DNA of 64,000 nucleotides from an uncultured Verrucomicrobiae bacterium (GCA_963702845.1 OY969763.1:4256001-4320000); one strand, 5' to 3'; counted from the stretch's first letter, positions 51,052 to 60,982 are shown. Notes: generated by a model from the sequence alone, not told the origin. A program made the numbers and translations.

Positions 51052-52708
51052 GCCTATGAGGTTTGTCAATACGTAGTGTGCGTCGATGATAGTTTTTTTG
51101 GGGTTGATCGCGCGGAGCGCAGTGGAACGAAGCGCAGTCGCGCGCGGCAGGCGGTTGGACATTGGTTCAATCCGCACCTGTTGTTCTTCTCGAGTCTCCG
51201 CTTATCTGTTCCTCTTCAAAGTTCCTTTCTTATTTCTCTCAAAGCAGGTTGCGTGAAGTTTGCTGCATCGGTGTCGCCGCGTTTTGTGTGTCGGGAGTTT
51301 GTCCCGCACCAGCTCCTATCCGGACAGTTGAGATAAGACTCAACGCCCACTGTGTCTTACTTGCCTGACTGCGGCGACCGGGGAGTCCGCCCCTTCTAAC
51401 GGACGGATGAACGCAAGGTTCACCAGCTGAAGCTACGGACTGGACTCGCCCGATCGCAAATTGTTTCACGCTCTTAACTCTGGAGGTTCTACTCACGAAA
51501 AAATTAAATGTGGTTCACACGCCGACCCAGCCGAGGTCTGCCATGGTGCAACGGCCGGTTCGCCAGCGCCAGAGGTCCACGGCCAGTTGCCGGGCAAGGG
51601 CAATGACAGTTTTCTTCTTCATGGCCGTGCCGGCGGCAAGTTTGGTTTTCATTTTAAGTGCGGCCTTCCACCCCGGTTGCCACATCAGAAAACGCCAGAC
51701 CGCTTCCACCAGGATCGCTCTGACTCGTCCGTTGCCCATGCGATCGATGCTGCCGACGCGCCGTTTGCCTCCTGAACTGTGTTCGCCCGGGCAACATCCG
51801 GTGTAGCTGCCAATCTGTTTGCGATTGTGGAAGCGCTGCCAGTCGCACACTTCGCCTTCCAGTGTCACAAGAGTGATCTCGCCAAGGCCCTTGGGCCGTG
51901 GTTGTTCTTTGACCCGCGCAATCAGTTCCTCTTCCAGTTCCTGCCGTTGTGTCTCCATGGCGACGAGGACCTCGCGGAGCTTTTCGAGAACACCGAGCAG
52001 CCACGGATCGAGGGTGGAAAGTTTTTTCCAGTTGCGCGCTCCCCACCAGCGATGGGGCAGTTTGACGTGGCTGTATTCGGCGGCTTGGCCGTGACCGCGA
52101 TTGGCGAGCATGCGAATGGCTTTGTTGAGGAACTGTCTTCGTCGCGTGCCTTCGCGCTGGCGCTGCTCTTTGTCCGAAGGAATGCGGATGGGTGCAAGTT
52201 CGTTGATGTTGCCATCAACCCAGCGAGAGAGGCGCAGGCAAAGAGCGCGCGCGTCCAGCTTGTCGGTCTTGCGCTGGCCGTTGAGGGCAATCGGCGTGAT
52301 CAGAAAACTTTGCGCACCGGCGGCGACTAGTTCGCGATGGAGCACGAAGCCGAACCCACAGCTTTCCTGCACGCAGAAAACTTGCAGGCCTTCGCTGGTC
52401 CACTTCTGAACCTGGGCGATGAGTTGCTCACGGCTGAATTTGCGTGGCGCTTGGGGTGAAGCGTGATCACGTTGGGCTACCGCCATGATGAACTCCAGAT
52501 GCACGTCCAGGCCAAGCTTGAGAGCCGGTTTGCCGGCAAGCAGCACAGGACGTGGCAAAGGCTGGCGCGGCGGCACGTTTGCCAGCTTGCCCGCGGCAGG
52601 CACGCTGGTTAGGGTTGGGACTGTCATGTGGGGTTTGAGTAAATATGTTTTCATTTTCAAAAACATCGTGACCCCGTGTGGGGCTGCGACTCAACCCTTC
52701 ATGACATC
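51052..52708 (-). mobile_element. IS110-family (IS1111-attC type) insertion sequence inside an attC site
   Basis: Removing it rebuilds attC GCCTAAC...CTCCAGC|TGACGGCGGG...GCTGAGC...GTTATGC; sub-terminal IRs ATGAGGTTTG (51056) and CAACCCTTCAT (52692); about 460-bp non-coding end downstream of transposase. Confidence 0.85.
51515..52666 (-). CDS. IS110-family DEDD recombinase/transposase
   Basis: LGLDVH, QESCGFG, KTDKLDA, YTGCCPGEHSSG, ALARQL. Confidence 0.93.
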   Translation of the reverse strand: MFLKMKTYLLKPHMTVPTLTSVPAAGKLANVPPRQPLPRPVLLAGKPALKLGLDVHLEFIMAVAQRDHASPQAPRKFSREQLIAQVQKWTSEGLQVFCVQESCGFGFVLHRELVAAGAQSFLITPIALNGQRKTDKLDARALCLRLSRWVDGNINELAPIRIPSDKEQRQREGTRRRQFLNKAIRMLANRGHGQAAEYSHVKLPHRWWGARNWKKLSTLDPWLLGVLEKLREVLVAMETQRQELEEELIARVKEQPRPKGLGEITLVTLEGEVCDWQRFHNRKQIGSYTGCCPGEHSSGGKRRVGSIDRMGNGRVRAILVEAVWRFLMWQPGWKAALKMKTKLAAGTAMKKKTVIALARQLAVDLWRWRTGRCTMADLGWVGV

Positions 52709-52792
52709 TGACGGCGGGACGCCGCTGGATTTGCAATTCTCGTGTCAGTGGCCCGCCGCCGCTGAGCTGAAACGTTATGCTCTGAGCACCTT

Positions 52793-53341
52793 GTGAAAAC
52801 AGCGACGAAATACTTTCTTCTCGCGGTTGGCGCAGTGACCGTGGTGCTTGTCGGCCTCGCCATTTGGCCGTCGGAGTTGGTCGCCTCGCCACGCACAACA
52901 CTTCGGATCATTGACCAAGATGCAAAACCGCTGGTCGGCGTCCGAGTCACGCGGCACTGGGATACATCCGAGCGGCAGAAGGGCGAAGATCAGCAGGTTA
53001 CCGACAACAGCGGTCAGGTCGCGTTCGCGCGAGTTGCTTTTGCCATCAGCCACCTCCAGCGCATCACCAGACCGTTGCTCATTTTTGTGCCGGTATCCTG
53101 TGGTCCCGGTTGGGAAATCTATGGCCATGCGGAGTTCGACATCTACTGGCCGGATGGTTACACGCTCAAATTCGACGACGGAGCATGGCGAAAAGCCAAT
53201 GCAACCTATGAGAACGACGACGGCATTCACATCTACGACCCGTTGCAGGCCCCGGACAAGAGTTACGTCGGGCTTTATACGTGGAACAAGAAAAGTGATT
53301 TTGCATACACACTTATGCTGTACAAGAGTGGACAGAAATGA
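52793..53341 (+). CDS. Secreted hypothetical protein (cassette)
   Basis: GTTATGC (52774) matched by GCATAAC (53343); shortened attC to 53376. Confidence 0.7.
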   Translation: MKTATKYFLLAVGAVTVVLVGLAIWPSELVASPRTTLRIIDQDAKPLVGVRVTRHWDTSERQKGEDQQVTDNSGQVAFARVAFAISHLQRITRPLLIFVPVSCGPGWEIYGHAEFDIYWPDGYTLKFDDGAWRKANATYENDDGIHIYDPLQAPDKSYVGLYTWNKKSDFAYTLMLYKSGQK

Positions 53342-53397
53342 AGCATAACCCGCCGCCGCTGAGCTGTGTGTTAGGCAGCAAACAAACCGGAGCACGT

Positions 53398-53607
53398 ATG
53401 AACATGAAAAGCATCATTTCGAGAACCGAGTCTCTGCAGATTCTCAAGAATCAGCTTCGGAAGGATGCGCTGGAAAAGCGGGCGGCTGAGCTGAAGGACG
53501 CCAACGCGGAAAAGCGCGAGGCGATACTCGCTGAGATTGAGCGCAATATTCAGAGGGAAGTTAAGGAACGCGCATGGACCCCCGGCTTCGGCAGAGTGAT
53601 CCACTGA
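53398..53607 (+). CDS. Small coiled-coil protein (cassette)
   Basis: After GTTAGGC (53370); GCCCAAC at 53622; 5' part duplicated at 60809-60922. Confidence 0.65.
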   Translation: MNMKSIISRTESLQILKNQLRKDALEKRAAELKDANAEKREAILAEIERNIQREVKERAWTPGFGRVIH

Positions 53608-53767
53608 AGTATGCAAACCGAGCCCAACAATCGTGCTGGAGCGGCCGCCGGGACAACGCTGCGTTTTGAATCCTGCCTTCAATCATTGCCCCGTTAAAAC
53701 CCCTTGTTTGCCTATTAAAAACATGCGAACAGTTGTTGTATATTAATTGTTAAGCTTTTGTAGGGAA

Positions 53768-54052
53768 ATGCGATTTCATCAATCCAATTCACGATGGGGC
53801 ACGGGGCGACAAATTGCGGCAAGCATCATGGGCCTCTTGCTCGGCTTATGGCTCGACCTTCGCTACTTCCACCTCGGGCGTGTGCGAGGCTATCTACTTC
53901 TCATCTTCTGCATGCTTGGCAGCTACCTTGTGTTAACGCTGTTCTCCTTGGCATGGACCGGAATCGTAAGATTGTGGCGCAGCATCTTTCCCGCACGTCA
54001 GACCAAGGTCCATTTACCAGAATCAAAAAGGCATGACAGCACCTCGGCTTAA
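53768..54052 (+). CDS. Membrane protein (cassette)
   Basis: GTTAAGC (53749) matched by GCTTAAC (54047). Confidence 0.65.
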   Translation: MRFHQSNSRWGTGRQIAASIMGLLLGLWLDLRYFHLGRVRGYLLLIFCMLGSYLVLTLFSLAWTGIVRLWRSIFPARQTKVHLPESKRHDSTSA

Positions 54053-54195
54053 CATGCGCTGAGCTTGGTCGTTAAACATTCTTCACCCGCACGCTGCTCT
54101 CGATGATGCCCGCGCTGATGGCGTTTTAAACCCTTGTTCGCGGATTAAAAACATGCAAACTGTTGTCGCAGATAAATTGGTAGGCCAAAGTCTCC

Positions 54196-54684
54196 GTGAA
54201 AAACATCGTAAAAATTCCACTCGGCATTTTTCTCGGACTTTGTGTGGTCCTGACAGGTATTCTCACAGTAAGCGGGCTCTGGTATTCCCTGCCCAAGCAG
54301 TGGCACTTCCACAAGGTTCTGAGAACCGTGGACTGCGCGGAAATCATCCGCAGTGCGAGTGGCGTGATTAGCCGGTCGCCGACAAATGAAATTTATTACA
54401 GGGGGAATGGTCTAACAAACTTGCCGCTATCTATTGTCGAATTAAAACCGGTTGGCGTGTATGTGCATTCCAACCACATGGTAATTGAGTTTCATGGCGG
54501 GGCTGAAGATTTTGGTTTATGGGTGGACGATTTGAAGGATGCGTGGGGTATCCATTCATATCCAATCCGTCCAACCGACAAATATTATGTTTCTCTTGTC
54601 GTCAAAAAAGATCCGAAGACGGGCGAACCAAGCGGTCCAGCGTACGGAAGCCAACCGTTCCGCCTAGACGCAAATCGAAAGTAA
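54196..54684 (+). CDS. Membrane-anchored hypothetical protein (cassette)
   Basis: Starts 11 bp after type A repeat core. Confidence 0.6.
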   Translation: MKNIVKIPLGIFLGLCVVLTGILTVSGLWYSLPKQWHFHKVLRTVDCAEIIRSASGVISRSPTNEIYYRGNGLTNLPLSIVELKPVGVYVHSNHMVIEFHGGAEDFGLWVDDLKDAWGIHSYPIRPTDKYYVSLVVKKDPKTGEPSGPAYGSQPFRLDANRK

Positions 54685-54887
54685 GGACCGATTAATTCCC
54701 TCGTTACGCACTCCATTTCCAATCGCGGATTTCCGGCATGTCGTCGCCGTGCTCGCGAGCGCGTTGTGTTGCGCTTGCTTCGCAGCGCCAGCATAACAAT
54801 AATCTCCTCAACCAATATGAACCAACCGTTCGTATATCAAAATCACCGCGACAGCGTGTCGCATAATCATAGTTGGCCTGTGAGCGC

Positions 54888-55358
54888 ATGGTGACATTTC
54901 ACACAGCCCTAAAGTTCGTCGTGGGACACGTTCTCGCGGGCGCGGTTGTGATTCTTGGGACGCTGCTTGTGGCGTTGGCTTGCTACGTTATTGGGCTTGC
55001 CACCGCACCTCATGGCATTGACACCCCGGCGGCGGTGATCCCCGAGTTCCTCACGTTGATGTTCATGGTTGGAGTTTTTGCTTTGGTTGCTTCTACCGCT
55101 TCATTCCTGATCTCCGTGCTGCTGACATGGCTTCGCACGAAGCGGCACTTTCCGGCCTGGCTTCCAGTGGTCACCATTCCGCTCCTCACTTTCGTTGTCG
55201 TTCTGGTGATTTTTGGACGGACGCGCGACATGAGTTTTGTGGCGGTCGTGACGGGCATGGCATTTGTCTACTTTGGGATTTACTGGGTGCTTCTTACATC
55301 CTCGGGGGCCGTGCTGGACTTCCTCCGCAGGAAGTTATTTCGCCAAAAAGCAACATGA
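54888..55358 (+). CDS. Multi-TM membrane protein (cassette)
   Basis: GTTGGCC (54872) matched by GGCCAAC (55369); full attC 55369-55461. Confidence 0.7.
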   Translation: MVTFHTALKFVVGHVLAGAVVILGTLLVALACYVIGLATAPHGIDTPAAVIPEFLTLMFMVGVFALVASTASFLISVLLTWLRTKRHFPAWLPVVTIPLLTFVVVLVIFGRTRDMSFVAVVTGMAFVYFGIYWVLLTSSGAVLDFLRRKLFRQKAT

Positions 55359-55652
55359 GAATCGTGGAGGCCAACAAGCGTGCTGGAGGCACGGGCCGGA
55401 TTGCCTCTTCGTTCCATGTTTTACATCCTCGGCTGGCCCTGCCTCAGCACCATCGTTAGACTGCTTCGCCCTTTCCCTACGAACTCCATTTCCAATCGCG
55501 GATCTCCGGCATGTCGTCGCCGTGCTCGCGAGCGCGTTCTGTTGCGCTTGATTTGCAGCGGCAGCAGAACAATAGTCTCCTCAACCAATATGAACCAACC
55601 GTTCGTATATCAAAATCACCGCGATACCCCGTCGCATAATTATAGTTAGAAG

Positions 55653-55871
55653 ATGGGACACGCGATGGCGAACCAAGAGGATGATCCAGATGCCGCAGCA
55701 CTCGCCGAGCGCTACCCGAGCTTGCGCCGAATCGGCGAGCGGATGAAGATTGAGTCCGGCCCACTGGCTGGAGAGCCGGTTGTGATTCGCAGGCGGCTCA
55801 CCGAGCGCGGAGTATTATTCACATTCAGATATGATGACGGAAAGGTTCGAGAGTGGGAGTGGTGGGATTGA
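55653..55871 (+). CDS. Small hypothetical protein (cassette)
   Basis: GTTAGAA (55645) matched by TTCTAAC (55881); full attC 55881-55973. Confidence 0.65.
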   Translation: MGHAMANQEDDPDAAALAERYPSLRRIGERMKIESGPLAGEPVVIRRRLTERGVLFTFRYDDGKVREWEWWD

Positions 55872-55990
55872 GACCGCTTGTTCTAACTATCGTGCTACAC
55901 TCGACGCGGCGATGACGCTTCTGTTTCAGTTCGAACATCGCGGACGCCGCGCGAGTGAGCGCCGGCGTTAGACCACTTCGGGAGGCACCA

Positions 55991-56641
55991 ATGCTTTTCG
56001 CAATTCTGGACTACATAAACTACAGACGCAGACGGGGACATTACAGCGATGAGAGTATCCGCAAAGAAGGTGGGCGTTTGGCCGCACCGGAGAACTTTCC
56101 CATGCTTCTAGATCTGGGTCCTCGGCACAGGTTTGTCTATCACACGCGGGACTCGTTTTTGAGTTGGCTGGTCATGTATTATACGGCGAGCGTTTGGAGT
56201 CACGTAGGAAACTTCACCGAGCGGGGACATATTATCGATGCAACGACGGCAGGTGTCATTGAGCATCCACTCTCAGACTACTTCGACGGAAAGAGCTACA
56301 TTATCATACTAGCGGCTAAAAAGGGCCTGGTTTCCGACGAGCAGCTTGCCAAATCTCTTGAGTGGGGACGTAGACAGATTGGCTGCGGATTCAATTGGCC
56401 GGGATTGCGGCGCTTCTTCTGGAGCATTGTCTTCGGTGCGCATGCTAATTATCGATTCCGTGTTTCTGGCGATATACTCATTTTGCTGTTGGTGCTATGT
56501 CCCCTGGCATATCTCAGTCACACCTTTGGCGTATTGCTTTTGCTCGTCTCAAGCCTATACGTTTTTATTGTTGTGATGAATACAACAAAGAGAAGGGCCA
56601 TGCGTCGGATGCTCACGGAGTCGGGCGTCAATTTGCGATGA
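55991..56641 (+). CDS. Permuted papain-like (YiiX/YebB-like) domain protein with C-terminal TMs (cassette)
   Basis: WSHVG..IIDAT..GV; GTTAGAC (55967) matched by GTCTAAC (56646). Confidence 0.55.
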   Translation: MLFAILDYINYRRRRGHYSDESIRKEGGRLAAPENFPMLLDLGPRHRFVYHTRDSFLSWLVMYYTASVWSHVGNFTERGHIIDATTAGVIEHPLSDYFDGKSYIIILAAKKGLVSDEQLAKSLEWGRRQIGCGFNWPGLRRFFWSIVFGAHANYRFRVSGDILILLLVLCPLAYLSHTFGVLLLLVSSLYVFIVVMNTTKRRAMRRMLTESGVNLR

Positions 56642-56758
56642 CTGGGTCTAACAAAATCACTGCAGCCAACGCCGGATGGTGCAGTCAGTTCCGCTTTCGC
56701 GGTTCACGTCATCGGCCCGGCGCGGTTGAGTTCTATCGGCCCTACACTTGATACGTAT

Positions 56759-57220
56759 ATGAAACGAGCTTTCTATTTGCTGTTGCTGATTTCGGGTATC
56801 TGCACCGCTCAAACGAAGTTTACCTTTTATCCCACGCAACACATTTTCACATTAGAAGGCAAAAGATACGCCACATCCATTGATGAAGCTGCACTTGAGG
56901 CAAGTCCGACATGGGACATGAGCAAACCTCCGCCGATCAGTTTCAAACAAGTAGTTGAGGTCGCTCGCAATGAGTTTGGAAAACGGCTGCGGGCCAAACC
57001 CGAATGGAGGGTTCGTTCGATCGAGCTTTACCCGGCGAACTCGCCGCACGAGGGAAAATGGTACTACGTAGTTTTGCTGGAACCTCAACCAAACGGAGGC
57101 CATACCGGAGAAAGTTTTACCACGCTGGTCGATTTTTCTGGCAAGCCGGGAAAGATAATATTGGACAGCGGCGACTCGTGGACGCAGCGCGAAAGCAAAG
57201 CGAACGGCAAAAGTCCCTAA
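56759..57220 (+). CDS. Secreted hypothetical protein (cassette)
   Basis: Signal peptide; stop in CCCTAAC (57215) followed by GTTAGGA (57229). Confidence 0.65.
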   Translation: MKRAFYLLLLISGICTAQTKFTFYPTQHIFTLEGKRYATSIDEAALEASPTWDMSKPPPISFKQVVEVARNEFGKRLRAKPEWRVRSIELYPANSPHEGKWYYVVLLEPQPNGGHTGESFTTLVDFSGKPGKIILDSGDSWTQRESKANGKSP

Positions 57221-57249
57221 CGTAGTTCGTTAGGAGCATCCCAGCCATC

Positions 57250-57534
57250 ATGACAAATTCGGAGTGGAAGAACTGCATGAGGATCCTTCTTGCTGAACTC
57301 GAAGACGAGTTACCTTCCACCGTGTCCGCCGAAACCAAAACAGTGTTGCGGACATTTCGGAGTCGCCTTGACCTCAGGCATATGTCACCCGCAAACGTAA
57401 GCGGTTTGAGCGATCGTTGGAGGCGTGCATTCAGAGCAGCGCATCACTGCGAGGATCTGCGGAGCGATATATCAGCAAAGTTTTGCCGCAGACACTTGAG
57501 AGAGCGACGACCGCAGTCAATAGCGCTAGGTTAG
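57250..57534 (+). CDS. Hypothetical protein (cassette-like)
   Basis: Starts shortly after core site 57229. Confidence 0.4.
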   Translation: MTNSEWKNCMRILLAELEDELPSTVSAETKTVLRTFRSRLDLRHMSPANVSGLSDRWRRAFRAAHHCEDLRSDISAKFCRRHLRERRPQSIALG

Positions 57535-57653
57535 CGCTTGCGGGCTGTCGCTCTTGAGCTGCGTTATGATTCCTCCGAAACATATCGCCTCCCCAAACTG
57601 ATTCACCGTCGCCCCAATCCACTCAATCGCATTCACCGCAGTGGCACGGGAGT

Positions 57654-58637
57654 TTACTCAACGGGCGTAAATTCGGTATCCAAACTGAATTCTGAACCGC
57701 CGGCGGCAACGGGTTCGCGAATATTCTTCAATGCGGCTTCCGCTCTCTGGAAAAGAACAACATTTTCGCGGGCCGTTATCAAAACTGCCTCGGCGTCCGA
57801 AGCCAGGGATCCAAACGCGCCCACAGCGACGATTGCTTTTTTCTGAACGACTAAGGGCGGTTGTTGAATTGCAAGAATCAGTGCTGGAACGGCGATCTCT
57901 GGATGTCGCTGAATCCGGCCAAGCGTTTCGGCAGCCGCACCTGCGACGTTTGAATCCATGTCTTGCAAGCAAACGACCACGTTGCTGACAACGCCGCTTG
58001 CCGGGGAGCCTATGGTGCCCAAGGCATTGAGAATTTCAACGCGACGGACTGAATTGTTGTTTTTGCGCAGCGCATTCGCAAGTGAAGGAACGGCGGCGGG
58101 CCCAATGGACATAAGCAGATGCGTCGCATCGTCATCTGCCGTCGAGCGTGAAGCCATTTCTTCCAGTTGCGGAATGGCGGGCACGGCCAAAGGCCCCAAC
58201 GTCTTCAATACATTAAATGCGATCAGGTTCTTCAGGTGACCGTGATTATAAACGCTACCGGCGAGCTGGCTTCGCCATGAACGAGGCACATACTTCGAGC
58301 TTCCAAAACAACGAAGTGCAAGTTTTTCGAAGGGATTTGGTCTGGCGGTGAGCCACTGCATCAACATCGGAACGGCATTCGTTCCGATGTTGATCAGGGC
58401 GTCTTCCGCTTCATGTTCGCGCGGCTTCAATGCCTGCCCAGGCTGCCCGGGAAACATAGGCAGGCCATACGTGTGGGTGATGTGCACATGGTAAAGCTGG
58501 AGCCATTCCGAAAGACGGATGTCTTTGTAGACCGGATCGGGAGCTTTGGGACGGCAGAAAGCGAACGCGAGCGCAGACGCAATACCGACAACGAGTAGAA
58601 GCAGCCATTTGGATTTGCGCGCCCAACTCATCTGCAC
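57654..58637 (-). CDS. Membrane-anchored HEAT-repeat protein
   Basis: PDPVYKDIRLSEWL, IGTNAVPML, LGPLAVPAIPQL; same style as 19288-20346. Confidence 0.75.
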   Translation of the reverse strand: MQMSWARKSKWLLLLVVGIASALAFAFCRPKAPDPVYKDIRLSEWLQLYHVHITHTYGLPMFPGQPGQALKPREHEAEDALINIGTNAVPMLMQWLTARPNPFEKLALRCFGSSKYVPRSWRSQLAGSVYNHGHLKNLIAFNVLKTLGPLAVPAIPQLEEMASRSTADDDATHLLMSIGPAAVPSLANALRKNNNSVRRVEILNALGTIGSPASGVVSNVVVCLQDMDSNVAGAAAETLGRIQRHPEIAVPALILAIQQPPLVVQKKAIVAVGAFGSLASDAEAVLITARENVVLFQRAEAALKNIREPVAAGGSEFSLDTEFTPVE

Positions 58638-58691
58638 AGGAGCCTAGCGAAGTCATATGAAAATGAAAGAGTGATCAAAACAACCGGCCGT

Positions 58692-59867
58692 TCATTGCGG
58701 AGCGATCGCGTTGGGGGCACGATACCGGAGCAACAGTTGTTCGGCGGTGTCTGCGATTCGCGTTCGCAACGCTTCCGGTGCAACCACCGTCGCACGCGTC
58801 CCCCAACTCAACACCCATCGCTCGACTTCTTCCAACCCACTCAACCGCATCCGCATTCGTGATGCACCGCCCGGCATTTCCGTAATCTCCTGACTTGAAT
58901 GCCATTTCCGGCCGCGCAGTTGGTCCGTTGCAAAGGCGTCGAAGTCAATCACCACCTCATAATCACCGTCACCCTTCATCATCCCGAGGCTGTCGCGAAA
59001 ATAGTTTGCGGCATCGAATCTATTCGGTCGCGTGAACCGCTCAGCTAAAACCTGCGCCTTCCCCATGCGCGCCAGCGCGAAAGTCCGAATATCCGCACGC
59101 AACTCATCATGTCCCAGGAAATACCACCGATTATCAGAACACATCACATGATACGGATGCACCCGCCGCACGATCGCATCCTTCTCGCCTGCGTTCCGAT
59201 AAACAAACTCCATCACCTTCCGTTCCCGACGCGCCCGCGTCACCATCTCGAACAATTCCAGATCCGCGTCCTCCGGCGCAAACGGCCGAAACGACAACGC
59301 CTCTGCAAAATCCTCAACTGAAAACCGCTCCTTGCTATCCAACTGCGCTAACATCTTCTTGAACGCAGTCGCCAACAGCGGATGGAACGGCGTGCCGCGA
59401 TACTGCTCAATCGCTTTGTTCGCAACCAACCATGCAAACATCTCCTTCTCCGTAAGAGCCGACGCACCGGGAAATCCATTCACCTGCTTCGAATAATAAT
59501 ACCCGTGCCGCACCGCATCATATTCGATCGGCAGCGCGTAATGATCGCGCATGTAATCAATGTCCCGACAAATTGTTTTGTGCCCGATCTCAAGCTCTGC
59601 CGCCAACTGCATCGCGTTAACGCATCTGCCATCGGCAATCACCTGGTGAATCTTGAACATCCGTTCCAGCGGCCCGCGCCGCACCCGCTCCGGCTCCAAC
59701 TCCGCATCCTGTTTGCGTACACGCCGCAGCAACGCCTTTTCAGCCCTGCCGACATCCAGCCGCACCGTTTGTTTTGTTTCGTTTGTTTGACTCCCCTCGC
59801 CCATGTCCGAGAACAGTGAATCTGCGCGTTGAACCGAACCAATCTGTAGCTTTTTTATCATTTTCAT
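58692..59867 (-). CDS. HTH-WYL-WCX transcriptional regulator (PafBC/BrxR/CapW-like)
   Basis: LAAELEIGHKTICRDIDYMR HTH; RRVHPY..RWYFLG..RTFALARM WYL; WVLSWG...PEALR. Confidence 0.9.
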   Translation of the reverse strand: MKMIKKLQIGSVQRADSLFSDMGEGSQTNETKQTVRLDVGRAEKALLRRVRKQDAELEPERVRRGPLERMFKIHQVIADGRCVNAMQLAAELEIGHKTICRDIDYMRDHYALPIEYDAVRHGYYYSKQVNGFPGASALTEKEMFAWLVANKAIEQYRGTPFHPLLATAFKKMLAQLDSKERFSVEDFAEALSFRPFAPEDADLELFEMVTRARRERKVMEFVYRNAGEKDAIVRRVHPYHVMCSDNRWYFLGHDELRADIRTFALARMGKAQVLAERFTRPNRFDAANYFRDSLGMMKGDGDYEVVIDFDAFATDQLRGRKWHSSQEITEMPGGASRMRMRLSGLEEVERWVLSWGTRATVVAPEALRTRIADTAEQLLLRYRAPNAIAPQ

Positions 59868-60097
59868 CCCCGAATCCTACCAACCTCACTTGGACAAAGG
59901 CTGTCCAAGTGAAAATCTTTTTTTGGGGGCACCAGCGCGTGGCGACAGACGTAAAAGAACGTTACCCGACTATTGGCTCAAGGGCTGCAATGGCTGGCCA
60001 CTCCCAGTTGACTGTCCACACTCAGAGGCGCAGCATACACCACGTAAATCAACCCGATGTGAGGTAATATGTTGTTGGTTAGACTGCGAGTATTTCT

Positions 60098-60286
60098 ATG
60101 AACAACAAAACGTCCGCGCAAAGTGCCCGAAGGTGGGGATGGCCGATTCTCGGTATCATCGCTTTCGGAGTTTTGATGGGCGCACGAAAGCAGTTTCACT
60201 CTATTTGGTTGCGTTCGTTGGTCGCAGCGTGCGCGTTCGCAGTTCTCGCAGTTTCGTTACCGTTATTTCGGAGGACCAGAAATTGA
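60098..60286 (+). CDS. Small membrane protein (cassette)
   Basis: GTTAGAC (60078) matched by GTCTAAC (60294). Confidence 0.6.
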   Translation: MNNKTSAQSARRWGWPILGIIAFGVLMGARKQFHSIWLRSLVAACAFAVLAVSLPLFRRTRN

Positions 60287-60693
60287 AAACGCTGTCTAAC
60301 AAAAGCGCCCCAACTTCGCTCAAAGTTCTATGCGCCGTCGTCATAATTTTGCTTCTCGCTTGCGTTGGCTTTTTGGCGAACGCCGTTTGGACGAATTTCT
60401 GGTGGAAGCAGCAGGTTTACGGGCTCGCACGATATCAAGGTGCCACCCGAGCGCTGCACGATTTTCAGTCTGGCAGGCTGCGACTCTTTGTCGTTGCGGG
60501 CGAGCGCGACACCGATAAATTTTCCGGCACAAATGAGGGTCCGTTTGATATTCGGTTTCCGCAGTATTATCAGAAGTCATTCCCTATGCGTTATTCGGTC
60601 GAGCAGATGGTTGACATGTATAACGAAAAAATGCGCTATATGCGTGAGCGTCCAGACAAGTTCCTGAGCACGACAAACAGCCCGAAAAAATGA
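60283..60693 (+). CDS. Membrane-anchored hypothetical protein (cassette)
   Basis: C-terminal part of ORF 59890..60693; followed by attC 60704-60796. Confidence 0.55.
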   Translation: MKTLSNKSAPTSLKVLCAVVIILLLACVGFLANAVWTNFWWKQQVYGLARYQGATRALHDFQSGRLRLFVVAGERDTDKFSGTNEGPFDIRFPQYYQKSFPMRYSVEQMVDMYNEKMRYMRERPDKFLSTTNSPKK

Positions 60694-60982
60694 CACGTCC
60701 CCACCCTAACTTTCGCGCTCCATCGAACGGCTGGTTGACGCTACGTTTGCAATCCATGAGTCAGTGGCCCGCCGCCGCTAATCTGAATTGTTGGGCAGGA
60801 AAAAAGTCGGAGCACGTATGAACATGAAAAGCATCATTTCGAGAACCGAGTCTCTGCAGATTCTCAAGAATCAGCTTCGGAAGGATGCGCTGGAAAAGCG
60901 GGCGGCTGAGCTGAAGGACGCCTGTTTAACCCAACCAATTTCGCCTTTGCGCCGACCAATTCACCACCGTCGTTTCGCGCCT

